In this document: positions 1 to 9,742 of the stretch, piece after piece
Position numbering within the stretch: position 1 is the stretch's first letter
Layout: each line of letters opens with the position of its first letter
IMG/VR virus record: IMGVR_UViG_3300028591_000107
Strand: one strand, 5' to 3'
Length of the DNA: 64,000 bases
From: an uncultured virus (IMG/VR IMGVR_UViG_3300028591_000107)
Taxonomy: Duplodnaviria; Heunggongvirae; Uroviricota; Caudoviricetes
Position numbers and translations under genes: made by a program
Notes under the pieces: model-generated
The model's database searches: none
What the model saw: the letters and a program-made list of their open reading frames with translations, nothing else
What the model was told of the DNA's origin: nothing

Positions 1-432
1 TCCGCTGAAGTTACACATAATCATCCAGAAGGTATTAAAGGGGCTATTACAATTGCTGTTGCAATATATTTAAATAGGCAAGGAAGATCTAAAGATGACA
101 TTATTAACTATATTTTAAATGAAACTGATTATAAATTACAATCATATAATGAATTATATAGAACACATAAATTCATGTGTATTTGTCAATGTTCTGTACC
201 AGCATGCCTGACTTGTTGGTATGAAAGCAATTCATATGAAGATTGTATTCGTAAAGCAGTATCATTAGGTGGTGATGCCGATACAGAAGCATGCATAGCT
301 GGAAGTATATGTAATGCCAATAAAGAAACTTGTATAGATGATGATTTTCTTAATAAATTATGTTTAAATGGTTATATACCAAATGAATTTATTGACATTA
401 TAAATGAGTTTCATGAAAAATATGAAATATAA
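1..432 (+). CDS. ADP-ribosylglycohydrolase (ARH/DraG family), 5'-truncated by window edge
   Basis: Frame 1 is open from base 1: SAEVTHNHPEGIKGA...AVSLGGDADTEACIAGSI; THxHP and GGDxDT are ARH motifs. The track ORF 175..432 is its C-terminus. Confidence 0.88.
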   Translation, partial: SAEVTHNHPEGIKGAITIAVAIYLNRQGRSKDDIINYILNETDYKLQSYNELYRTHKFMCICQCSVPACLTCWYESNSYEDCIRKAVSLGGDADTEACIAGSICNANKETCIDDDFLNKLCLNGYIPNEFIDIINEFHEKYEI

Positions 433-435
433 ATT

Positions 436-696
436 ATGATAGATTTAATAGATGCACAATATTTTTTCCAAACTGATGAAAATGCCATACCAGTATTTTA
501 TATTAATAAAGAAACTTGGAATGATGAATATAAAAGAATTATAAGTTTATGTGCTTATAATAGAAAATGTTACTTAATTATAGAGACAGATCCACAAGTT
601 TGTAATAGATATTGTGAAATAACTTGTATGTGTTTAAGAGACTTTGAAAAAAACTATGAATTAATAAATCATTTATTAGGATTAGATAAAAAATAA
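436..696 (+). CDS. hypothetical protein
   Basis: ORF in tightly packed co-oriented string. Confidence 0.65.
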   Translation: MIDLIDAQYFFQTDENAIPVFYINKETWNDEYKRIISLCAYNRKCYLIIETDPQVCNRYCEITCMCLRDFEKNYELINHLLGLDKK

Positions 697-702
697 TATT
701 TA

Positions 703-903
703 ATGGAGAAGAAAATGATAGGATATAAAATACATTATGGAGAATATGGGTATGATTGTTGGGGAAGATCAGAATGGTGTGGTTGGTATGAATATAATAA
801 TAAAGTTTATACCGATAAAGAAAAATTAAAAATAGCTATTAAAGAAGCAGAAAAAGAATATAAAGATCGTGAATTTGATTTTTACGAAGTTGAAATAATA
901 TGA
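703..903 (+). CDS. hypothetical protein
   Basis: ORF, ATGA overlap with next gene. Confidence 0.7.
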   Translation: MEKKMIGYKIHYGEYGYDCWGRSEWCGWYEYNNKVYTDKEKLKIAIKEAEKEYKDREFDFYEVEII

Positions 904-1142
904 GTAGTTCAGTATATCAAAAAATTAAATTTTCAGATTGTGGTTGGAAAGATGATTTTTACGGTAGTAAATGGCATTATTTGTATATGCATTATGAACC
1001 AACATCTGATATAACCCATATTAAAGATGAAGATGGGGAAACAATTATTTGTGGAGAAGATTCCGGAGCTGTAGAAGCATTACGGAAAATACTAAATTTT
1101 GAAGGTGAAGAAATAAATAGAGAAGAATACGATAAAATATAA
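900..1142 (+). CDS. hypothetical protein
   Basis: ORF coupled to previous gene. Confidence 0.7.
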   Translation: MSSSVYQKIKFSDCGWKDDFYGSKWHYLYMHYEPTSDITHIKDEDGETIICGEDSGAVEALRKILNFEGEEINREEYDKI

Positions 1143-1146
1143 TATT

Positions 1147-1446
1147 ATGAAGACAGGAGCAGAATTAATTACTGAAGAAAGAAATCGTCAAATAAAAATT
1201 GAAGGATATGATAAAGAACATGATAAAAATCATGATGTTGATACATTTGTAAAAGCAGCAATATCTTATTCCGTATTTGATTTGAAGGATTTACAAACAA
1301 ATCATTTATATCATTCATATAAGTGGTGGCCTTGGGAAGAAATTTATTGGAAACCAAAAGATAGATTAAGAAATTTGGTAAGAGCCGGTGCATTAATTGC
1401 AGCTGCTATAGATAAATTGCAAAATGATGAATTAGAAATACAATAA
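1147..1446 (+). CDS. conserved phage hypothetical protein
   Basis: EERxRQ...EG...HD...WPW...WKP...RNLVRAGALIAA pattern, recalled from a widespread uncharacterised phage family. Confidence 0.7.
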   Translation: MKTGAELITEERNRQIKIEGYDKEHDKNHDVDTFVKAAISYSVFDLKDLQTNHLYHSYKWWPWEEIYWKPKDRLRNLVRAGALIAAAIDKLQNDELEIQ

Positions 1447-1467
1447 TATTAAATTTCGAAGAAGGAT

Positions 1468-1806
1468 ATGACAAATTATAAAACATTTAATGAAATACAA
1501 AAAGGAGATATTTTGTATGAGGTTGAAATATCTGATATTGATGTTAAATTTAAACAAATAAAAGTAAAAAATATAGATGATTACTTCTCAACTGATGATG
1601 TTATTCAGACATATATAGATGAATCACCATTAATATTTAGTTTTAGTAGAAATAAGTCATCATGGATGGGTACAATATTTACAACTAAAGAAGAAGCTAT
1701 TGAAAGTGCAAAAAATCAAATTGTCAATAAAATATTAGAATTTACAACTAAAGTAGATGATTTGGCAATAATATTAGGAGGTATAGATGATATTGAATTT
1801 AGATAA
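1468..1806 (+). CDS. hypothetical protein (likely paralog of 14230..14640)
   Basis: KTFNEIQKGDILY...IFTTKEEAI vs KTFKDLKIGDRIY...IFSNKEMAI. Confidence 0.65.
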   Translation: MTNYKTFNEIQKGDILYEVEISDIDVKFKQIKVKNIDDYFSTDDVIQTYIDESPLIFSFSRNKSSWMGTIFTTKEEAIESAKNQIVNKILEFTTKVDDLAIILGGIDDIEFR

Positions 1807-2101
1807 AATAAAATGGAGAAATTTTTGGTTATGGTTTTCTGACCAAGTTAAACGAAGAAGAGTATTTATAAACTTCTTTGTTACAAGAAATGCATGGGGA
1901 GCATTCTCATTAAATAGTCATATTAATCAACATACAGGAAAACCTAAAGTTATGTATAATACCATTAAGTCAGCGCAGAAATCTGCGGAGGCTATGAGTA
2001 AAAAACATAACACTCATTTTTCATATTATAAATGTTTATTTTGTGATGGTTATCATATAGGAAAAAATAGAGAAAATAAAACAGATTATGACAAGAAGTG
2101 A
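1787..2101 (+). CDS. hypothetical protein with CxxC..H zinc-binding motif
   Basis: YYKCLFCDGYHIG. Confidence 0.65.
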   Translation: MILNLDKIKWRNFWLWFSDQVKRRRVFINFFVTRNAWGAFSLNSHINQHTGKPKVMYNTIKSAQKSAEAMSKKHNTHFSYYKCLFCDGYHIGKNRENKTDYDKK

Positions 2102-2312
2102 AGATTTGAAAAAACTCCAAGAAATACAAGAAAAATATATGGGAGTATTAGATATTAACATTGAAACAAGAAATGATCAACAAAAGACAATGTTCACAAT
2201 GACTAATTATCCTTGTTCTAAAAAATTATATATTTATAAATTAAACTGGTATATTGACAATACTAAAATATTTGATGAAATATATGAACAAATAAATAAA
2301 CTTAATAAATAA
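2088..2312 (+). CDS. hypothetical protein
   Basis: ORF, TAATG coupling to clpP. Confidence 0.65.
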   Translation: MTRSEDLKKLQEIQEKYMGVLDINIETRNDQQKTMFTMTNYPCSKKLYIYKLNWYIDNTKIFDEIYEQINKLNK

Positions 2313-2914
2313 TGGCAGAATTTACTATAAAAACGTTTGATGAAAAAATACATAATATTTACTTAAAAGGTGAAGTAGATGAAAGTATGTGGCAAACATT
2401 AGTTGATAAGATTAATGAAATTAAATCAGCCGATGATGATATTACCGATCAAAATTTAGCATCGTTAATGTCAGTTGGTATTGAAGCACAAATAATTAGA
2501 CCAGCAATAAATATTTATTTAAATACTTTTGGCGGATATATTTATGATATGTTTTCTATATATGATGAAATAAAAAATTTAACTACTAAATATATAGTTA
2601 ATATATATTGTGTTGGTAAAGTAATGAGTGCTGGTACAATAATTATGTTAGCAACAGATTTAGAACATAGATTTGCGTATCAAAATACTACATTTATGTA
2701 TCATACATTATCTGATCATATGTATGGAAAAATGAAAGATATGGAAGAAGATATTGAAGAAAACAAACGTCTTCATAAATTAATGTGGAATATATTTAAA
2801 GAAAAAACTGAAATACCTGAAGAAAAACTTGATGAAATATATAAATGTAAAAAAGATTGGTGTATAAATGCAGACCAAGCCAAGAAATTTAAAATAGTTT
2901 CAAAAGTTATATGA
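2312..2914 (+). CDS. clpP: ClpP-like protease proteolytic subunit
   Basis: IYLNTFGG, VMSAG (catalytic Ser), FMYH (His), KDWCINADQA (Asp region). Confidence 0.85.
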   Translation: MAEFTIKTFDEKIHNIYLKGEVDESMWQTLVDKINEIKSADDDITDQNLASLMSVGIEAQIIRPAINIYLNTFGGYIYDMFSIYDEIKNLTTKYIVNIYCVGKVMSAGTIIMLATDLEHRFAYQNTTFMYHTLSDHMYGKMKDMEEDIEENKRLHKLMWNIFKEKTEIPEEKLDEIYKCKKDWCINADQAKKFKIVSKVI

Positions 2915-3081
2915 TAGATTATGTTGAAGAATATATTAAATCAAGATTAGCTGAAGAATATATTCGTAGACAAAAACCAGTAACAAGAGCCGGACAAGAA
3001 TCTATATTAAAATATATAGAAAATGTTTATGGAGGAAAACCAAATAAAAATTTAGATAAATTTATAAATGATAACAGATAA
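2911..3081 (+). CDS. small hypothetical protein (56 aa, not in ORF track)
   Basis: MIDYVEEYIKSRLAEE...; ATGA overlap with clpP stop. Confidence 0.6.
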   Translation: MIDYVEEYIKSRLAEEYIRRQKPVTRAGQESILKYIENVYGGKPNKNLDKFINDNR

Positions 3082-3247
3082 AGAACTTAAAGCTTCAATG
3101 CATAAATTGTTGGAAGAATTATCTAATTCTACCAGTAAAGAAACTGATGGAAAAATAATAGCAAAAGCCGTTAATCTTGGTATGAAATATCAAGAATCTA
3201 AAATTAAAAGTGGAATTGATATTGTTTTTCAAGAATTAAATAGGTAA
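3068..3247 (+). CDS. small hypothetical protein (59 aa, not in ORF track)
   Basis: MITDKELKASMHKLLEE...; fills the gap in the gene string. Confidence 0.6.
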   Translation: MITDKELKASMHKLLEELSNSTSKETDGKIIAKAVNLGMKYQESKIKSGIDIVFQELNR

Positions 3248-3254
3248 TTAAATA

Positions 3255-3851
3255 ATGGTTTATAAAGATTATTCGTATGAATGTTATGGTGGTACAATGA
3301 CCGATAAAGAATATAAAACAATTATAGATTTATTGGAATCAAATAAACCTAAACAAATATGTGAGTTGGGTTCAGGACAATCAACAATAATTTTTGAAAA
3401 TTATTGTTCAAAATATAATTCTAATTTATATTCAATAGAACATGATTTAAAATATAAAAGAAACAATACATTATTATTTGAATTAATAGAATCCACAGAT
3501 ATACAAATATTAGATTATTATTATTCGAATATTAATAAATATAATGGATTTGAAAATTGGTTAATTAATAAAGATAAATTTGATTTTGTATTAATTGATG
3601 GACCTTATGGTTTTGGTTTTAGAATGAATTATAACTATGGAAGAGTTCAATTATTAAGTTTTGTTATATTAAATAAGTTATCAGATATATCAACAGTATG
3701 TGTTCATGATACAGAAAGACCAAACATGAAATCAACATTAAAGGAATTTGAAATATTATTAGAAAAGAATAATTTTACATTTAATAAAACTGTTATAAAA
3801 GAATCACCATGGTTAACAATATATCAAATAATAAAAAATAATTTATTATAA
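3255..3851 (+). CDS. class I SAM-dependent methyltransferase
   Basis: ELGSGQST (motif I), SIEHD, FDFVLIDGP, VHD. Confidence 0.8.
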   Translation: MVYKDYSYECYGGTMTDKEYKTIIDLLESNKPKQICELGSGQSTIIFENYCSKYNSNLYSIEHDLKYKRNNTLLFELIESTDIQILDYYYSNINKYNGFENWLINKDKFDFVLIDGPYGFGFRMNYNYGRVQLLSFVILNKLSDISTVCVHDTERPNMKSTLKEFEILLEKNNFTFNKTVIKESPWLTIYQIIKNNLL

Positions 3852-3869
3852 AAATATTTATAAATAAAA

Positions 3870-4052
3870 ATGGAAGAAAATTTTGATTGTATAGTAGATA
3901 ATGGAAGTATTATAGATACTTCTTCAAATGTAGGTTGGATATGTCCTAAATGTGGTGCATCAGTAGCACCAACAGCAATGTTCTGTCCAGTATGTGGTGG
4001 AAAACGTACTAATGAAAGTTTAACACCTGGAGAAAAAATGATATTTAGTTAA
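3870..4052 (+). CDS. small zinc-ribbon protein
   Basis: GWICPKCG...FCPVCG. Confidence 0.75.
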   Translation: MEENFDCIVDNGSIIDTSSNVGWICPKCGASVAPTAMFCPVCGGKRTNESLTPGEKMIFS

Positions 4053-4056
4053 TTAT

Positions 4057-4521
4057 ATGAATGAGAATAAAGTAATACGTCAAATAAGTGATTATACATT
4101 AGATGAACTTAATGAACATATGGCTACTGTTTACAAAATTCCCGATTATATAATGGATTTTGTAAGAAGACAATATTGGATAGATCAAATAAAGATGTTC
4201 AAAAATATAATATTAGATAATATGGAGCAAAAAACTTGTATATTTGATCGCCATGTTAAAGTTCAAAAATGGATAGATGGTAAAAAACCAAGTTTTGTAG
4301 ATAGTTATAATGATAAATATATTTGGGAAATAAGTGATAGACCAATACAAAAATCATATCATAATTTTTATTTTGACCATAGAGAAGAAATTGAAAAATA
4401 TTTTTTAGATATGATAGAAAAAACCGGAGTAGGTCAACCGGATTTAAATGGTAACTTAAATTTAGAATTAAACTTATTAGATAAATTTAAAAAAGATGAA
4501 GAAATTTATTTAGAAGAATAA
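4057..4521 (+). CDS. hypothetical protein
   Basis: 154-aa ORF in gene string. Confidence 0.7.
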   Translation: MNENKVIRQISDYTLDELNEHMATVYKIPDYIMDFVRRQYWIDQIKMFKNIILDNMEQKTCIFDRHVKVQKWIDGKKPSFVDSYNDKYIWEISDRPIQKSYHNFYFDHREEIEKYFLDMIEKTGVGQPDLNGNLNLELNLLDKFKKDEEIYLEE

Positions 4522-4694
4522 TGTGGGGATTTGAACATCAAAAAACTATAGTTATTAAAGAACCTTATAAAACACAATTATTAGAAAAACTTAAAATGTG
4601 TAGAGAAGGTAAATTGTCTGAAGAAGATTTAAGTGTTTTAAAAAGACAAAAACAAATAATGAAAAAATATATTTGTATATGGAAAGATGAATAA
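4521..4694 (+). CDS. small hypothetical protein (57 aa, not in ORF track)
   Basis: MWGFEHQKTIVIKEPY...; TAATG coupling. Confidence 0.55.
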   Translation: MWGFEHQKTIVIKEPYKTQLLEKLKMCREGKLSEEDLSVLKRQKQIMKKYICIWKDE

Positions 4695-5157
4695 GATAAA
4701 ACCTATTAGAATTTTTTTAGGTGGTACATGTGCAGAAACTACATGGAGAGATGAATTGATTGAATTGCTTAAAAAATATGATGATATTGAATGGTTTAAT
4801 CCGGTTGTTGAAGATTGGACACCAGAATGTCAGGCAATTGAGGAAGAAGAAAAGAATCATAAATGTAATGTCCATTTATATGTTATAACTGATGCAATGA
4901 TGGGTACATATTCTGTGGCTGAATCAATACATTCTGCCCATTTGGCTAATATGTATGGAACTTCGGTTGATTTAGTTATTTTTGCAATTTTAAAATCAGA
5001 TAAATGGAAAAAACATGATGTAAAATCTTTTGATGCCGATATGAGATTAATAATAGATATAGCACCTCATAATTCTATAGTTACTTGGGTAGATAACATG
5101 GAACAATTATGTGAACATATTATATATTATAATAAAGTTATTGATCCTAATATTTAA
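4687..5157 (+). CDS. nucleoside 2-deoxyribosyltransferase-like protein
   Basis: IFLGGTC...TWRDELI...FNPVVEDW...E...YSVAE pattern of NDT-like family. Confidence 0.75.
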   Translation: MNKIKPIRIFLGGTCAETTWRDELIELLKKYDDIEWFNPVVEDWTPECQAIEEEEKNHKCNVHLYVITDAMMGTYSVAESIHSAHLANMYGTSVDLVIFAILKSDKWKKHDVKSFDADMRLIIDIAPHNSIVTWVDNMEQLCEHIIYYNKVIDPNI

Positions 5158-5163
5158 TAAAGT

Positions 5164-5178
5164 TTATTTTTAATAAAT
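5164..5178 (+). promoter_or_regulatory. putative class II (late?) promoter motif TTATTTTTA..TAAAT
   Basis: ttatttttaataaat about 20 nt upstream of a leader-tagged gene; same motif at 16393, 35694, 44293, 57844. Confidence 0.4.
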
Positions 5179-5197
5179 AGGTTTTTAATAATTATTA

Positions 5198-5590
5198 ATG
5201 AAACAACTTAAAACATATATATTAGAAGCTGATGAGGATGATAAAAAACCATCACTTGAAAGAGGAGATATAAAATTTACTATATGGGAAGAACCTGATA
5301 AAAAGGTACATTGGATAAAAAACAATAATAAATATCAAAAAATAGAATATAAATATGAAAATAAAGAAAAAAATATTTATATTGACTTTTTATTAGGATT
5401 CCAAGATGAAGAGTGGAAATTATGGATAGGTAAGATAGGAAGTAATTCTTATGATAATGATCCTTGGTGCTCATTTGAAACAAACTCATTTTCAGAAGCT
5501 ATTGTTGCAGCATTAGATAAAGTAGAAGAATTTTTAGATGATGTAAAAGAAAATCCAGATAATTGGATTCAATTTTATAAAGATATATAA
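5198..5590 (+). CDS. putative capsid-internal protein with capsid-targeting-like leader
   Basis: N-terminus MKQLKTYILE|A. Confidence 0.6.
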   Translation: MKQLKTYILEADEDDKKPSLERGDIKFTIWEEPDKKVHWIKNNNKYQKIEYKYENKEKNIYIDFLLGFQDEEWKLWIGKIGSNSYDNDPWCSFETNSFSEAIVAALDKVEEFLDDVKENPDNWIQFYKDI

Positions 5591-5592
5591 AT

Positions 5593-5616
5593 ATGGGTAG
5601 CAAATAAGCTACCCAT
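5593..5616. terminator. bidirectional intrinsic terminator
   Basis: atgggtagc-aaataa-gctacccat between convergent genes. Confidence 0.75.
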
Positions 5617-5622
5617 TATATT

Positions 5623-5922
5623 TTAATTATATCTTAAATCAACATCTAATTCATCTTCACAAAATATATACTGATAAAATCGTTTTCCAAAATTATATTC
5701 AAATTTATTATTTGTATTAGTTTCAATACAATAGTCTTCATTATTTTGTAATTCTGGATAATGACTCATATGATCATTAAATATTTTAATTTCTTCTTCT
5801 CTTTTATCTTCAAAGAAATTACGAGCTTTATGTTCATCTAATGAATAATATATGGGATAAGGAGAATCATATCCAATATCATCAAATTCATTAGCGCAAT
5901 ATTTCACTATATATAATTTCAT
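5623..5922 (-). CDS. hypothetical protein
   Basis: ORF downstream of class I promoter motif. Confidence 0.7.
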   Translation of the reverse strand: MKLYIVKYCANEFDDIGYDSPYPIYYSLDEHKARNFFEDKREEEIKIFNDHMSHYPELQNNEDYCIETNTNNKFEYNFGKRFYQYIFCEDELDVDLRYN

Positions 5923-5948
5923 TAAATTTATATTATTAATTTATATAT

Positions 5949-5976
5949 AATATAGAAATTTATAAAGAAAATTTAA
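5949..5976 (-). promoter_or_regulatory. class I promoter motif (degenerate upstream box)
   Basis: TTAAAT-N16-TATATT with preceding C. Confidence 0.5.
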
Positions 5977-5992
5977 AAATATTCAAATTATT

Positions 5993-7768
5993 TTAATATC
6001 TATGTTTGCATGATATTTCATCAGAATTACTGTTTCCCACTATTTTGATAAGATTACCAGTAGAACAATCAAATATGACTTCTAATTCATATGTCGTCCT
6101 TATAGTTGGTGCATCAGATGGCCATACATATTTTTTATGCTCTTCTACATCTTTTCTACTACATATTACTTGGTCATGTTTCTCGTCATATTTTATCTTA
6201 TACTTAGATAAATCTTTTTCATTAGACCCAACATAATAAACCGTATTGGCATTATTTGATATAATTACTCTAGAATTAATATTAGATAAAACATAACGAA
6301 ATTGTGCTGATTTAATTGGAATAGAATAACTTAAATTACCATTTTTATCTGCAGAAGATATTATAATATGTTTACACATATCAATTAATTCTTTCCACGA
6401 TTCTTCAACATATTTGTATACTTTTTTCTTATCAATAGCATCTTCTAACCATTCTCCATTTGTTTCATAATTATTTCTATTTGACCTTATACACGTTTTA
6501 TAATAACCATCACCATAATCACTAAATTTTTTCTTAGGATTTTCTGATGTTTTAAAACTTTCTAATTTTTTCGGAGTATTATTTGGTGACCATGAACCAG
6601 GTTGTGCATACCCAGGTATTTTTGAACCTTTTGCTTTACATAATTCTAGCCAAGTTTCTAATCTTCCATCTTCAATTTTTACATTTTGATAGTTTCCATG
6701 TTCTTCCCAACCTACCGAACTAACATGATATTCAAATCCTTGGAATGGTATATATTCAATATTATCTTTAAGAAAATCTTTTAATAATACACTTGTAATA
6801 CATTTTTTTTGTAAATTTTGAAATTTTTCAAATATATCATTATCAAATAAAAACTTAAATCTTTTCTTAAAATCATCTATAGTTTTTAATTGTTTTTCAT
6901 ATCTATTAAGGTAATATTCGTATACTAAAGGATATTTTTTCTTAATATCTTTTTCTGACCTAACTTTTTGGAGCATCCATGCATAACATTCCTCTCTAAT
7001 TTTAGGAATATTTTTTCTAATAGATTCTGATTTTTTACTCCAATAATTTTTTTCCATTGATTTTTTATCATTATCGGATATAAATGCATAATCTTCTCCA
7101 AGTATTTCATCATAAGATGGATTATAAACCATATGAGTATAATGTTCTTCTTCACAACCAATATAATTGTAATATATTGTAAACTCCTTTATTTTTTTAA
7201 ATAATGGTTTAATATTATCTCCATCTTCTTTTTCATCATAATGATATCTATCCACAAGATAATAATCTAAAATATCCCTAAAAGTATCTTCCATATAATT
7301 TTTTATAAAATATGGATGTTTTCCACAAGATACGGCATATATAGTTAATTTTTCATTGAGATGTTCATATTCATCTTTTATATATTGTATTTGTGAAATA
7401 ACGGCATCTACTAATGGTGAATGAATAATAATACTTGCCCCATTAAATCCACCTTCTTCTTTATATTTATTAAGCTTTTGTTTTTGTTGATTCAAAAATT
7501 CTTCAAGATTTTCAGAACATAATTTATATCCTAATGTACCGCCATTGGTGCAATTATCTATTACAGATCTATTTAGTTCTATTTTGGTATCTAACCATTT
7601 AATATGATTATTATTTAATACATCTAATGTTGTACTAGTTTTAGATATAAGAAATGATAGATAAAAAGCCTCAGTCTCTTTAATCATCTCCTGAGCCTTC
7701 TTATATTGGTTTACGAAAAAACGAAGATTTTTTTGATTATCATAGTCTATCTTTGCTAACTTTTCCAT
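5993..7768 (-). CDS. large hypothetical protein (start likely MEKLAKID at 7768)
   Basis: Long ORF; the track start at 7801 lies inside a terminator hairpin. Confidence 0.75.
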   Translation of the reverse strand: MEKLAKIDYDNQKNLRFFVNQYKKAQEMIKETEAFYLSFLISKTSTTLDVLNNNHIKWLDTKIELNRSVIDNCTNGGTLGYKLCSENLEEFLNQQKQKLNKYKEEGGFNGASIIIHSPLVDAVISQIQYIKDEYEHLNEKLTIYAVSCGKHPYFIKNYMEDTFRDILDYYLVDRYHYDEKEDGDNIKPLFKKIKEFTIYYNYIGCEEEHYTHMVYNPSYDEILGEDYAFISDNDKKSMEKNYWSKKSESIRKNIPKIREECYAWMLQKVRSEKDIKKKYPLVYEYYLNRYEKQLKTIDDFKKRFKFLFDNDIFEKFQNLQKKCITSVLLKDFLKDNIEYIPFQGFEYHVSSVGWEEHGNYQNVKIEDGRLETWLELCKAKGSKIPGYAQPGSWSPNNTPKKLESFKTSENPKKKFSDYGDGYYKTCIRSNRNNYETNGEWLEDAIDKKKVYKYVEESWKELIDMCKHIIISSADKNGNLSYSIPIKSAQFRYVLSNINSRVIISNNANTVYYVGSNEKDLSKYKIKYDEKHDQVICSRKDVEEHKKYVWPSDAPTIRTTYELEVIFDCSTGNLIKIVGNSNSDEISCKHRY

Positions 7769-7782
7769 AAATAACCAAAAAT

Positions 7783-7816
7783 GCATAAGGATAATTATCA
7801 CTAACTACCCTTATGC
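7783..7816 (-). terminator. intrinsic terminator
   Basis: Minus strand gcataagggtagtta-gtga-taattatccttatgc followed by attttt; G-U pairs fix the strand. Confidence 0.7.
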
Positions 7817-7836
7817 CAATATATTAAAGTTAATAA

Positions 7837-8289
7837 TTAATCATCTAAAAGGCCATTCAATATATCACCAGCCTCTGCCATTTCACGGTTAAAGATATCA
7901 TCCTCAGAAAGATTACGGAACAAAATTGTACGGGCGTCATTAAGTTTATCAATCTTTTCAATCAACTTAATCTCCTTAACACGAGTCTTAAAATCATTTA
8001 CCCATTCATCATAAGTAAATCCTTTATATGCAAACTCTGCATCTTCACCAATATCTTCAGGTGAAATACCAAGCTCTTCACAAGCATCATCACAATTAGA
8101 CTTATTTTCCTTCAACTTTGACATTGCTTCAACAACCTCTGGTAATTCCATATCAGAAACCGCACCAAAACAATCAAATGAATGATCCTCAGTTACATAC
8201 TTAATTGCATCCAACTCTTTTTCAAATGCCTCAATCTTACTGTCAATCTCGTTAACTTTACTGTTAATGTTTTCTCTTGTCAAATTCAT
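7837..8289 (-). CDS. acidic coiled-coil hypothetical protein
   Basis: 150-aa ORF with its own promoter and terminator. Confidence 0.75.
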   Translation of the reverse strand: MNLTRENINSKVNEIDSKIEAFEKELDAIKYVTEDHSFDCFGAVSDMELPEVVEAMSKLKENKSNCDDACEELGISPEDIGEDAEFAYKGFTYDEWVNDFKTRVKEIKLIEKIDKLNDARTILFRNLSEDDIFNREMAEAGDILNGLLDD

Positions 8290-8348
8290 AGTTGTAAAAT
8301 TTAATTGTTAATATTTATTATTTAAATAATTTACAAAATTAATTACAA

Positions 8349-8383
8349 AAAGATACAACATCTTTAGTGTTGTATATGAATAG
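8349..8383 (+). mobile_element. orphan IS200/IS605-type end hairpin
   Basis: atacaaca-tctttag-tgttgtat followed by atgaatag; a CTTTAG-loop hairpin plus ATGAAT tail resembles IS605/IS1341-group ends; no tnpA/tnpB nearby. Confidence 0.45.
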
Positions 8384-8402
8384 AATATATTTTTATAATT
8401 TA

Positions 8403-8431
8403 TATATAGTATTATTTTTCTTGATTTTCAA
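8403..8431 (-). promoter_or_regulatory. class I promoter motif
   Basis: TTGAAA-N17-TATATA, C before TATA. Confidence 0.65.
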
Positions 8432-8454
8432 CATATTAAAATCTATATCTTCAC

Positions 8455-9021
8455 TTACATTAAACCATGTGATTTTATAATTTCATAAATTGTTTTGATT
8501 ACCTTTGCATCATATAATGAATTATGTTTATTTCCTTCTATTACAATTGCATTATTTTGTAATAATTCTTCTCTTGAAAAATCAAAAGCTTCAGTTTCAG
8601 AGATTTCATAATACCTTGCAATATCTTGATTAATATCATGACATGCTGGATTTACATTTTTAGGTAAATCAAATGCACCACCGAATATATCTATAAATAA
8701 AACCATATCATAATGACAAACATCTGATACTAACTCAACAGTATCATATTTAGATAACCATTGGGTAAGAGTTGTTTGAATCAATAACTTATCTCCTTTT
8801 ACATTACACCAAGTATTTTCATCATTATAATTTAAACATACTGGTTTAGGCAGTAAAAGGTTATTTAATACATTCTCTTTAATCCAATCATCACATTGAG
8901 ATTCATCATAATCTGTAAATTCTGCATAAAATGTTCTGTCATTTTCATCAACCAAACCTATAGATATAAGTGTAGTATCTTTATGAAGTCCTGTAAATTC
9001 TGTATCAAAAAATATTTTCAT
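8455..9021 (-). CDS. DEDDh 3'-5' exonuclease (Rv2179c/RNase AS-like)
   Basis: FFDTEFTGL...LISIGLV...YD...HNSLYDA. Confidence 0.85.
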   Translation of the reverse strand: MKIFFDTEFTGLHKDTTLISIGLVDENDRTFYAEFTDYDESQCDDWIKENVLNNLLLPKPVCLNYNDENTWCNVKGDKLLIQTTLTQWLSKYDTVELVSDVCHYDMVLFIDIFGGAFDLPKNVNPACHDINQDIARYYEISETEAFDFSREELLQNNAIVIEGNKHNSLYDAKVIKTIYEIIKSHGLM

Positions 9022-9024
9022 AAT

Positions 9025-9315
9025 TTAATTTGGTTTAATATGTCTTGTTAAATTCATAATGTTAATTTTTGAATTTACTAATATTTCATCTTTACTATAA
9101 GGTACACTACCTACAATATTAAGATATGTATCAACTATATCTTCATGTAATTTAGATATTGATTCACTTGATGTCTGATTAGAAGCATAGTACCGTTTAT
9201 AAAAATCATCTGATTCAAATACAACATTCCACCATACTCCTTCTAATGATGAATCTAATTCAACGACAACATCAGGTTTATGATCATAATTAATTTTTAA
9301 TATCATATCATTCAA
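9025..9315 (-). CDS. hypothetical protein
   Basis: ORF in gene string. Confidence 0.65.
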   Translation of the reverse strand: MNDMILKINYDHKPDVVVELDSSLEGVWWNVVFESDDFYKRYYASNQTSSESISKLHEDIVDTYLNIVGSVPYSKDEILVNSKINIMNLTRHIKPN

Positions 9316-9595
9316 TTTTTTTATATGAAATCAATCTAATAGGACAAGTAGTAGCTGAAACATAATAATCACCTGGATGTATTCTTATATAATTTGTACC
9401 TTTATATGAACTTGTATAAACTTTAAAAATACTATCATCTAAATATGAATCATACCTACAATTAAATATAGTATCATAAGTTATTGTAGTATCTGGATAA
9501 CATACTTGATATTTACAATTAACTTTATATCTTACAAATGTACAACATGATGTTATACAAAAACATATAAATAAAACTAATAATATTTTTTTCAT
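9308..9595 (-). CDS. putative lipoprotein
   Basis: MKKILLVLFICFCITS|C: basic N-terminus, hydrophobic core, lipobox-like ITSC; start reassigned to 9595. Confidence 0.6.
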   Translation of the reverse strand: MKKILLVLFICFCITSCCTFVRYKVNCKYQVCYPDTTITYDTIFNCRYDSYLDDSIFKVYTSSYKGTNYIRIHPGDYYVSATTCPIRLISYKKIE

Positions 9596-9600
9596 TTTTT

Positions 9601-9741
9601 CTACCATAAATAATATAACTTATATGTATATCCTTCTTGAATAACTGAAACTGGTTCTCTGTAATTACTATTATTAATAAAGTTTAACATTTCCTTTTCA
9701 TTTGAAAATGTCCGAACATCAAATAATTTTTTACCTTTCAT
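9601..9741 (-). CDS. small hypothetical protein (46 aa, not in track)
   Basis: MKGKKLFDVRTFSNEKEML...; fills a gap; TAG stop. Confidence 0.5.
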   Translation of the reverse strand: MKGKKLFDVRTFSNEKEMLNFINNSNYREPVSVIQEGYTYKLYYLW

Positions 9742-9742
9742 A

